64,000 nucleotides of DNA from Minisyncoccia bacterium (GCA_049720475.1 JBNASH010000036.1:1339-65338); one strand, 5' to 3'. Shown: positions 40,202 to 47,711, counted from the stretch's first letter. Numbers and translations are program-made. Notes: generated by a model from the letters alone, not told the origin.

Positions 40202-41110
40202 ATGTTTATTTTTGTTGCAAGAATTATTAAATACGGTTTTCAAAATTTTACACGCAATGGATTGCTTTCGAGTGCAACTATTGCGGTGATGACATTAACA
40301 CTTCTTCTTTGTGCCGGATTAATTATTTTTGGTAATGCCGGCAAAACAGTTCTAAATAATTTACAAAGTAAAATTGATATTAGTATTTACTTTAAAACAA
40401 ACGTCAATGAGAATCAGATTCTAGCGATTAAAAAAAATTTGGAAACATTAGATGAAGTGGCTTCAGTCGATTATATCTCTCAGGATGACGCTCTCAATGC
40501 TTTTAAAGAAAGACATAAAAACGATCCAGTTATTTTGCAATCATTGGAGGAGCTGGGATATAATCCACTTTCTGCTTCATTGAATATTAAAGCCAAGAAT
40601 CCAAGAAATTATGCTGGCATTGCTAATTATTTAGAGAAAGAAATTCCTTCGGAATTTATCGATAAAATTAATTATAGTCAAAATCAAGTTATTATTGATC
40701 GTTTAACAAAAATAATTGATACTCTAAGAAATGCTGGTATTATTTTGGCAATTGTTTTGGGTTTTGTGGCAGCTTTGGTTACATTTAATACTATCCGTTT
40801 AGCCATCTATTCTAATCGTGAATCAATTGGAATTATGCGTTTGGTTGGTGCGGCCAGTTCCTTAATTAGGGGTCCGTATATTTTTCAAGGTTTTATTATT
40901 AGTTTGGCTTCCACGCTTTTGTCAATGATTATTTTAATTCCGGTTTGTTATATTTTGGCACCATATCTTCAAAATTTTATTCCTGAGTTTAACATTATAC
41001 ATTTTTATTGGAGCAATTGGTTTAACCTTTTCGGTGTTTTATTTTTGATTGGTTTGGTTTTGGGTATTCTTTCAAGTGTCATTGCTATTCGCAAATACCT
41101 GAGAATTTAA
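40202..41110 (+). CDS. ftsX: Cell division permease FtsX
   Basis: RN..LS, NPL.ASL, NTIRLAIY..R..I.IMRLVGA...IRGP. Confidence 0.93.
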   Translation: MFIFVARIIKYGFQNFTRNGLLSSATIAVMTLTLLLCAGLIIFGNAGKTVLNNLQSKIDISIYFKTNVNENQILAIKKNLETLDEVASVDYISQDDALNAFKERHKNDPVILQSLEELGYNPLSASLNIKAKNPRNYAGIANYLEKEIPSEFIDKINYSQNQVIIDRLTKIIDTLRNAGIILAIVLGFVAALVTFNTIRLAIYSNRESIGIMRLVGAASSLIRGPYIFQGFIISLASTLLSMIILIPVCYILAPYLQNFIPEFNIIHFYWSNWFNLFGVLFLIGLVLGILSSVIAIRKYLRI

Positions 41111-41148
41111 TTGAATTTAGATATAAATTGATTAAAATATAAACGACT

Positions 41149-41219
41149 TGCGGGGTCGTCTAATGGTAGGACGCCTGGCTCTGGACCAGGTAATCTTGGT
41201 TCGAATCCAAGCCCCGCAG
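41149..41219 (+). tRNA. tRNA-Gln(CTG)
   Basis: Acceptor tgcgggg/ccccgca, anticodon arm cctgg-ctCTGga-ccagg, T-loop ttcgaat; no encoded CCA. Confidence 0.95.
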
Positions 41220-41396
41220 CAAAATTGTTCGCTTCAAACTCTAAATTTTTAGAAAAAATTATATTTCCTCATCGGCGCTTCGCGCCGAAGCCCAGCCTGT
41301 TTTTAACCCGTGGATTAAATTTTGGTAAGATGATAAAGAAAATTGGCGATAGGGTAATTTCTACAACCAGATTAGAAAATTTCAGTTTTCTCCCTT

Positions 41397-41491
41397 GCTC
41401 GAACAGAATAGAAAGGAAAAAGTTTCAGTAAAAGTAATTCTTGCCCCGTTCTCGCTTTTTTCATCTGTTTCAGGGGTCCGCCCCGCCGATT
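41397..41491 (-). repeat. Left copy of island-flanking structured element
   Basis: Reverse complement aligns with 46986-47083 (aatcggcgg...aaaagcgag...aatt.ctttt...gaa...ttttcctt...cgagc). Confidence 0.65.
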
Positions 41492-41553
41492 GTATTCTTT
41501 GCTTTCTCAAAAATTTTTGTTATCATTATAAGAGATTAAGAAAGTTTTGTATC

Positions 41554-41584
41554 TATTACTTTGATTGTAGTAATATACTACAAT
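41554..41584 (+). promoter_or_regulatory. Overlapping palindromic operator candidates at the XRE gene start
   Basis: TATTACT-N8-AGTAATA (41554-41575) and perfect ATTGTAGTA-ata-TACTACAAT (41564-41584) overlapping the ATG. Confidence 0.55.
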
Positions 41585-41795
41585 GAAGTTTAACAATAAA
41601 TCAACAATCGCCGAAAACATAAAGAAATATCGCCAGAAAATGGGTATTTCTCAAGATAGGCTTTCAAAATTAGCCGATGTCACCTATAACACGATTATTA
41701 AAATCGAATCGGGAGCAAACAAAAACCCGACTATTGAAACATTGGCAAAAATCGCCAAAGCGTTAGGCGTTGGAGTAGATGATTTAATAAAATAA
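41583..41795 (+). CDS. XRE-family helix-turn-helix regulator
   Basis: IKKYR...GISQ..LS.LA.V....I.KIESG...NPTIETL.KIAKALGV. Confidence 0.9.
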   Translation: MKFNNKSTIAENIKKYRQKMGISQDRLSKLADVTYNTIIKIESGANKNPTIETLAKIAKALGVGVDDLIK

Positions 41796-41817
41796 TAATT
41801 TTAGTTAATAATTTTTT

Positions 41818-42306
41818 ATGAAATTACCAACAAAAATAATTTTAACAAGCGGTATCGGAATGGGGTCAACGAAATTAAATGCATTCGATAATGCTTTATT
41901 AAATGCAGGAATAGGTAACTTTAATTTATTACAGACATCAAGTATTATACCTCCAAAAGCAAAAATTATTTATCTCACAAAAAGCAAGCAGGGGAAATTA
42001 TTACCTTCAATTGGGTCGGTGGTGCCAACAGTTTATTGTTATATCTTTGGAGAAAAAGTCGGAATAAGAATTACAGCTATTTTAGGATTGGGCATTCCTA
42101 AAAACTACAAAGAGCATAACGGGGTTATATTTGAATTTGCCGGAACTAATATTACAAAAGATAAGGCTAAAAAAACTTGTGGAAGAATGATTGAAGAGGC
42201 ATTTAATTCTAGAAACTTAGAAATAGAAAAAATTCAATTTATAGAGGCAGATTGTTTAGTAAAAAAGAAATATACTTGTGTAATCGTTGCTGCGCTATTA
42301 ATATAA
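41818..42306 (+). CDS. Pyruvoyl-dependent arginine decarboxylase (PdaD/AaxB family)
   Basis: P.K..LTSG.G.G...LNAFD.ALL.AGIGNFNL...SSIIPP (Ser-Ser autocleavage site), conserved Glu in GVIFEF, C-terminal VAA. Confidence 0.88.
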   Translation: MKLPTKIILTSGIGMGSTKLNAFDNALLNAGIGNFNLLQTSSIIPPKAKIIYLTKSKQGKLLPSIGSVVPTVYCYIFGEKVGIRITAILGLGIPKNYKEHNGVIFEFAGTNITKDKAKKTCGRMIEEAFNSRNLEIEKIQFIEADCLVKKKYTCVIVAALLI

Positions 42307-42319
42307 TTTAAACCAAATT

Positions 42320-43603
42320 ATGATTCTTTTAGTTAGTAAAAAAGATTATAAAAATCTAAATCCCAAGCAAGGGAAACTAATAATAAGTTATATAAAATTT
42401 GCTGTAGAGGAGACGCTTTTTTATTCAAAATTTAAAAATAAATTAGAAAATATCAATTACAGAAATTTTTTTGAATTTCCAATTACTTATGAATACGATT
42501 TGATAAACAATCCTTTCGCTTTTGTTGGTAAAAATAGCCAATTAGTTCAACTTGCATCTTCGGGAGGAACTTATGGAAAAAGAAAATTAATTTTTAGAAC
42601 AAACGAGGATATACAAAAAAGTGTAGAAACAGCGACTGCGATGTTTCTATGTGGAAAGATTAAATCAAAAGACAGAATTGCAATTTTACAACCCTTTGAT
42701 TTATGGAATATAGGACATATAGCTTTGTTAACCTTTAGAAGAATAGGTGCTTTAAGTGTACCCATAGGGCTTTCTATGGACAATGCGAGTATTTTAAATA
42801 TTTTGGCAACAACTAAATGCAATGTTATTTATGGTACGCCCTCCAAAGTAACGACAATAGCAGAGTTAAGTAAGAAAATAGGTCTAACATTAAAGATAGA
42901 TAAGGTATTTTGTGCTGGCGAACCAATTTTACAGAGTCATCGAGAATCTATTAAGAAAATATGGAATGCTGAAATTTATGGTATTTATGGCTCTGAAGAA
43001 ACTGATGGAATAGGAGCGGAATGCGATTCTCATTGTGGTTATCATATATTTGACAAAACCTTATTGATAGAAGTTTTAAATCCCGAAACATTATTACCCG
43101 CGGAAGAGAACAAAGGTGTATTAGTAGTTACAAAATTAGGATATTCTGGCACAATTTTAGTTCGCTATTTATTAGGAGATTTAGTGGAAATAACAAAAAA
43201 TCCTTGTGAGTGTGGGCGTAAAGAAATAAGAATTTTTCCTAGGGGAAGAATAAAAGAGGTTATTTGGCTTTATGATGGTAGAAAAATTTCTTTGCAATCA
43301 ATAGAAAATGCTTTGAATATGATTTTTTGTGAAGTTCCTCAATATCAGATTCTGGTTAAGAATACACTAAAAGGAAGTATTTTAAGATTTAAAATTTTAA
43401 TCAAAAATAATAATCTTTTAAAAAAGAAAAATGATTTTAAAAAGATAATAGCGAAATCTTCTCAAGACATAGAAGAAGGAATAAATAAGCGAGAAGTTAA
43501 ATTATCCATTGAATTATTTAAAGACCCTTCTCAGTTTATTTATACGGAGAGAGGTAAAATTCCAAAAATAATTTATGAAAAACATGAAGAACATAAAAGT
43601 TGA
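42320..43603 (+). CDS. Phenylacetate-CoA ligase (PaaK/F390)-family adenylate-forming enzyme
   Basis: P-loop SSGGTYG.RK, GTPS, AGEP, YGSEE, VVTKL....LVRY..GDL, CECGR...GR. Confidence 0.85.
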   Translation: MILLVSKKDYKNLNPKQGKLIISYIKFAVEETLFYSKFKNKLENINYRNFFEFPITYEYDLINNPFAFVGKNSQLVQLASSGGTYGKRKLIFRTNEDIQKSVETATAMFLCGKIKSKDRIAILQPFDLWNIGHIALLTFRRIGALSVPIGLSMDNASILNILATTKCNVIYGTPSKVTTIAELSKKIGLTLKIDKVFCAGEPILQSHRESIKKIWNAEIYGIYGSEETDGIGAECDSHCGYHIFDKTLLIEVLNPETLLPAEENKGVLVVTKLGYSGTILVRYLLGDLVEITKNPCECGRKEIRIFPRGRIKEVIWLYDGRKISLQSIENALNMIFCEVPQYQILVKNTLKGSILRFKILIKNNNLLKKKNDFKKIIAKSSQDIEEGINKREVKLSIELFKDPSQFIYTERGKIPKIIYEKHEEHKS

Positions 43604-44912
43604 TAGGGAGTATATAGAGATATACCCTATAAATTGGCGGAATGTAAGTCAGAAAATGGTAGACAAAATATTTTCCAGCCGCTCTTTTGATTTTATTAAA
43701 GAAATCAGCATCTATGTGCATATTCCTTTTTGCCCCACTATTTGTCCCTTTTGTAAATTTAATATTTCAAAATACGAACCTTTAATTTATCAAAAATATC
43801 TCGGTGTATTAAAAAAAGAAATATCCCTATTTAAAAATCATCCAGATTTACGAAACCGAATTGTTACTGCTATCTATTTTGGGGGTGGTACCGGATCTAT
43901 GTTAACTCCCACTGACATTGATGCGATTTTAAATCTAATAAGTAAAATTTTCAAATTAAGTGATAAAACAGAAATTACCGTAGAATGCCATCCAAGCACA
44001 GTTAATGCTAATAAATTAAAAGAATATAAAAAAGCAGGTGTTAATCGTGTGAGTTTGGGGATCCAATCTTTTCAAGATCAAAATTTAAGAAATATTGGGA
44101 GAAACCATTCAGCTGAACAAAATGAGAAACTTTTAAAAGATGCTCTAAAAATAGGATTTAATTGTGTAGCGATGGATTTAATGTATAGACTTCCAAATCA
44201 AGATTTTAAAAATTTAAAATTTGATCTTAATAAAATTAAAAAACTTTCTCCAGATGGAGTTAGTGTTTATAGCTTGGAACCGGAAGCAACTCCTTTAGAG
44301 AGAAAAACTTCAGAGATGCCACCTGAAGAGATTGATAGGGAGATGTTTTATTTTATTGGAGATTTTCTTGAAAATATTGGTTATCGCCGCTTTATGCAAC
44401 CTGATTTTTCAAAACCTGGCAAAGAATGTAAATATGTACTAAATGCTTGGAAAGCGCCACAACAATTAATGATTGGTTTTGGTGCTGGTGCTCATACGCA
44501 TTATTTTGGAAATCATGTATGGGCAAATGTTTATCCTATAAAAAGTTATATTGAGGCTCTAGAGAATGGATATTTTCCAGGAGTTATGGGTATTGAGGTT
44601 CCTCTAAAAGAATTGAAAGCGAAATATATGGTTTTAGGCGTTCGACATCTTTCAGTAGAAAAAGCAAGTTTTGAAAGAATGTTCAAAGAAAAAATTAATG
44701 ATATATATAGTGCAAAAATTAAAGAATTGAAAAAATTAGGATGGATAGTCGAAGAAAATGGTTGTTATAAAATAACCAGAGAGGGATTCTATTATATTGA
44801 TAACATATCAAAGACATTTTATACCAAGGCAAATAAAGGGGAAGGTCAACCTTGGCTTAAAGGTCTTTATAATTATATTCCTAAGAAATTTTACAAACCA
44901 TCAAAATTTTGA
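43575..44912 (+). CDS. HemN-like (class C-type) radical SAM enzyme
   Basis: IYVHIPFC...CPFC (CxxxCxxC), YFGGGT, EITVE..P, NRVSLGIQSF, DLMY.LP.Q, GFGAGA. Lacks the HemW HNxxYW motif. Confidence 0.88.
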   Translation: MKNMKNIKVDREYIEIYPINWRNVSQKMVDKIFSSRSFDFIKEISIYVHIPFCPTICPFCKFNISKYEPLIYQKYLGVLKKEISLFKNHPDLRNRIVTAIYFGGGTGSMLTPTDIDAILNLISKIFKLSDKTEITVECHPSTVNANKLKEYKKAGVNRVSLGIQSFQDQNLRNIGRNHSAEQNEKLLKDALKIGFNCVAMDLMYRLPNQDFKNLKFDLNKIKKLSPDGVSVYSLEPEATPLERKTSEMPPEEIDREMFYFIGDFLENIGYRRFMQPDFSKPGKECKYVLNAWKAPQQLMIGFGAGAHTHYFGNHVWANVYPIKSYIEALENGYFPGVMGIEVPLKELKAKYMVLGVRHLSVEKASFERMFKEKINDIYSAKIKELKKLGWIVEENGCYKITREGFYYIDNISKTFYTKANKGEGQPWLKGLYNYIPKKFYKPSKF

Positions 44913-44937
44913 CAAAATTCATAAAATTTGTTAAGAT
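44909..44937 (+). promoter_or_regulatory. Internal sigma70 promoter for dinB-methyltransferase-alkD
   Basis: TTGACA, 17-nt spacer, TAAGAT with extended -10 TG; followed by GGAGGTGA SD before ATG 44985. Confidence 0.6.
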
Positions 44938-44984
44938 TGTTAAAGAGTGAAAAACTTTTTAACAACTTAAATGGAGGTGAAATC

Positions 44985-45512
44985 ATGGAAAAAGAACAAA
45001 AAATCACAAAAGAAAAAGAGGTAATACTTGAAACTTTTTTAAAAGGGTGGAAAGAAACAAGGCAGCTCACACTGGATTGGATAGATGCGCTTTCATTAGA
45101 GCAATTGAATCAAGAATTGCCACGGCCAGGCCTTAATTCTTTCACAAAGCATATTTACGAAATGGGAGAAATTCAGAAAATATATGCAGCTGTACTTAAA
45201 GGAGAAGAACCAAAGATGGAAAAGGTGACAACCTTGACTTTTGAATCAGAAAAAGTTGTTGCCAAAACAAAAGAAGAATTAAAACAATTTCTTGGCGAAT
45301 GTGATGAAAACTTCTATGAGGCAGTAGGAAAGGTAAAAAATTGGGAAGAAAAAGTTTCGATTTTTGGAGTGGAAGTACCAAAATTTGGTGTTGTGGAACT
45401 GTTGATAAGACACGAAACCCTGCATCATGGACAATTTATCGCCTTCGGTTACATTTTAGGTATTCAATTCCCTCAAAGCTGGATAGATGCATGGGCCCTA
45501 CCCACTAAGTAA
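44985..45512 (+). CDS. DinB/YfiT-superfamily protein
   Basis: Helical R..T......L...QL, S...H, and C-terminal HETLHHGQ metal motif. Start set by SD at 44973-44980. Confidence 0.82.
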   Translation: MEKEQKITKEKEVILETFLKGWKETRQLTLDWIDALSLEQLNQELPRPGLNSFTKHIYEMGEIQKIYAAVLKGEEPKMEKVTTLTFESEKVVAKTKEELKQFLGECDENFYEAVGKVKNWEEKVSIFGVEVPKFGVVELLIRHETLHHGQFIAFGYILGIQFPQSWIDAWALPTK

Positions 45513-45574
45513 TTCAACCCAGACCTGGCTATGTCGCTAAACTACCTTTTTTCATAAGAAGGAGGTGAGGTAAG

Positions 45575-46333
45575 ATGGATAAGAAAACGATGTATTGGAA
45601 ACTTGCATGGGATACTTTTCATTTGCAAGTTTTCGACTATAAAGGTGATGTGAACAGAATAAATAACTGGGTTAAAAAAAGAGGTTACAACGTAACGAAC
45701 ATATTGGAAATAGGATGCGGAGCTGGTCGTTATCTCAAATTCTTGAAAAAGTTAGGTTATAAATGTGCGGGAGTAGACAAAGATGCTGATATTTTAGAAT
45801 ATGCAAGGCAAATAGTTTTACAGGAAGATAAGGATATCGAATTAGCAAAAAGAGATATTCTAAAAAGGATCCCATCAGTATTTAAAGGACGATTTGACTT
45901 GGTTCTTGGCAAACATCTTTCGTTGCCATTGGTTGATTTGGAGAAGGTCTTAGATTATGCAAAGAGAGCTTTAAATCCAAAAGGACCTAAACTCTTAGTA
46001 TTTGATTTTATGGTAGCTAATAAAAGTAACCTCGACAAAGAAATTCTCAGTATTGATAGTGCTGTAAAAGACCATCTCTTTTTAGTAAGACTAAATCAAA
46101 TGGAGCTAAGAAAAGAATTAAATGAATACAGATGGGAAGAATTTTACTTCATAGAGGATGCTCGAGAAGGAATTATTTTTACTAAGATCAACACGCGACA
46201 CTTATGGTTTCTTTCTCGTGATGAATTAAACAAATTGTTAGGGGATAAAGGTATAGAAATTGAAAACGAGTTGAGAGAAGATACAGGAATTAATAACTTA
46301 GAGGGGGTGACAATCTATGGGAAATTTAAATAA
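45575..46333 (+). CDS. Class I SAM-dependent methyltransferase
   Basis: Motif I ILEIGCGAGR, GVD, FDLV, L.P.G..LVFD; strong AGGAGGTGA SD upstream. Confidence 0.88.
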   Translation: MDKKTMYWKLAWDTFHLQVFDYKGDVNRINNWVKKRGYNVTNILEIGCGAGRYLKFLKKLGYKCAGVDKDADILEYARQIVLQEDKDIELAKRDILKRIPSVFKGRFDLVLGKHLSLPLVDLEKVLDYAKRALNPKGPKLLVFDFMVANKSNLDKEILSIDSAVKDHLFLVRLNQMELRKELNEYRWEEFYFIEDAREGIIFTKINTRHLWFLSRDELNKLLGDKGIEIENELREDTGINNLEGVTIYGKFK

Positions 46334-46919
46334 CAAAATTTCTATTCTTATTGATAAAGAGCTGAAAACACTAGGCGACAAAGAATTTGCAAGGCGTAGA
46401 GATAGATTGATTGGTGAAGGAGTGAGGTCTTATGGAGTGGAAACCCAAGAGATTAGAAAAATTGCCAAGAAATACTTCAAGCAATTTCAAGAAAGAGAAA
46501 CCATAAGAGATTGGTTAGGAACCATCAAAGACTTGCTATCAACAAAAGTATTTGAGAATCAAATGGCTGGGATATTTCTTTTAGGTGCTTTTCTTAAAAG
46601 TGGTGGAAAGGTAAGTATTCCTGAGCTTGAAAGATTGATTATAAAATATCTTGATAATTGGGCAACCTGCGATACGATAAGTAGTGAAGTCGTGGCAAAA
46701 ATTTTAAGTGGATCCCCAAAAGAAATTAAAACTTTGTATGTTTGGGCAAGATCTAGAAATATTTGGTTAAAAAGAATTGCTTTGGTAACTATAGTGAAAC
46801 TCAAAAGTGAGATTGAAAATTGGCAAGAAATTGCTTCCAGGATATTTTCCTTTTCTAAAAAAGCAAAAGAGCCAATCATTAAAAAGGCAGTTCGTTGGTT
46901 AGAAAAAGAACTTTCTTAA
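46317..46919 (+). CDS. AlkD-family (HEAT-like repeat) DNA alkylation repair glycosylase
   Basis: YGV....IR, DNWATCD, W..S.NIWLKR, IKKAVRWL. Confidence 0.82.
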   Translation: MGNLNNKISILIDKELKTLGDKEFARRRDRLIGEGVRSYGVETQEIRKIAKKYFKQFQERETIRDWLGTIKDLLSTKVFENQMAGIFLLGAFLKSGGKVSIPELERLIIKYLDNWATCDTISSEVVAKILSGSPKEIKTLYVWARSRNIWLKRIALVTIVKLKSEIENWQEIASRIFSFSKKAKEPIIKKAVRWLEKELS

Positions 46920-46921
46920 TC

Positions 46922-46955
46922 ACGGGACGGAAGAACATTCTGTCCCGTTTTTTTT
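46922..46955 (+). terminator. Intrinsic terminator closing the island operon
   Basis: acgggacggaa-gaaca-ttctgtcccgt followed by a T-run. Confidence 0.8.
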
Positions 46956-46985
46956 ATTTTTGGATAATAAGTTTAGAATTTCTAA

Positions 46986-47083
46986 AATCGGCGGCGCGCC
47001 CGCGAAGTGGGCGAGAAGAAAAGCGAGGGTGAGGCGGAAATTTCTTTTTCCCGAACCCCTTTTCCTTCCCGCCCCGCCCGAGC
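46986..47083 (+). repeat. Right copy of island-flanking structured element
   Basis: GC-rich; c-GAA-g hairpin at 46997-47013 and a gcGAgggtgaggcgg / ccgccccgcccGAgc helix; inverted homolog of 41397-41491. Confidence 0.65.
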
Positions 47084-47155
47084 GAATTTTTCAGAAATTA
47101 GCATCGGGATTTTCGCGGAAGAAAGTTCGGATTTTGTTCAAAAGAGACAGCCAAC

Positions 47156-47182
47156 AAAAATCCACCAGAAGGCGGGTTTTTT
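47156..47182 (+). terminator. Weak intrinsic terminator candidate
   Basis: aaaaatccacc-agaa-ggcgggtttttt. Confidence 0.45.
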
Positions 47183-47264
47183 AAATTCTATTGACAAATT
47201 TTTTAAAAAATGAATATGTAATTAGATTTAAGATTTAAAAATCAAAAAAAAAGGAGGTGGGCGA

Positions 47265-47519
47265 ATGAGAAAAATTTTTAAAAAAGCGCAACATTTTCTT
47301 CAACTTCTGATCTTATTATTTTGGCCAGCAATTTTGGTGGGATTCCCCCTTCGAATTTTAATGATAAAAAAAGTAATTAATATTTCTGTTCTCGGAGCAG
47401 CAATAATTATTTTTCTGATACAGCTGGCCTGGCTTTTCTTTTACGCCGCCTGCAAGGCAGCGGGCGATGCTGATGAAAAATTAGAAGAAATTTTTTATAA
47501 AAAATTAAATAATTTTTAA
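47265..47519 (+). CDS. Small two-TM membrane protein, unknown function
   Basis: 84-aa ORF with AGGAGGTG SD, two hydrophobic segments and its own terminator. Confidence 0.6.
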   Translation: MRKIFKKAQHFLQLLILLFWPAILVGFPLRILMIKKVINISVLGAAIIIFLIQLAWLFFYAACKAAGDADEKLEEIFYKKLNNF

Positions 47520-47548
47520 ATTGGGCTAGATGTCTAGCCCAATTTTTT
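47518..47548. terminator. Intrinsic terminator / perfect hairpin
   Basis: aaattgggctaga-tg-tctagcccaattt followed by T's. Confidence 0.7.
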
Positions 47549-47711
47549 ATAAAATGAGAATAAAGATTTACTGTAAATAAGCCACCCAGCGAGCTATTCA
47601 ACAAAATTTTATACTAATTATTAGTATCGCTATTTTTAGAATAAAAAATTAAAATTAAATCGGCAATCCACTTTCCATTTATATTTTATTATATGCTATA
47701 ATATATCCTAT

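Larger units (their letters stand above)
41220..47185. mobile_element. Putative tRNA-Gln-associated genomic island
   Basis: Accessory gene block interrupting housekeeping genes right after a tRNA, with strong GGAGGTGA SDs unlike host genes and flanking inverted structured repeats. No integrase or att duplication found. Confidence 0.55.

Noticed and set aside
41225-41586. Short ORFs 41225-41431 and 41395-41586
   Set aside because: No recognisable domain or start signal, and they overlap palindromes and the structured repeat. They might be recombinase remnants, but I cannot support that.
43575-44912. Annotation as oxygen-independent coproporphyrinogen III oxidase (hemN) or hemW
   Set aside because: Diagnostic C-terminal motifs are absent and there is no tetrapyrrole or hrcA-type context, so no gene symbol was given.
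46960-47213. ORFs 46960-47184 and 47007-47213
   Set aside because: They are read-throughs of the GC-rich structured element with atypical composition; the left homolog has indels and stops, so conservation is not at protein level.
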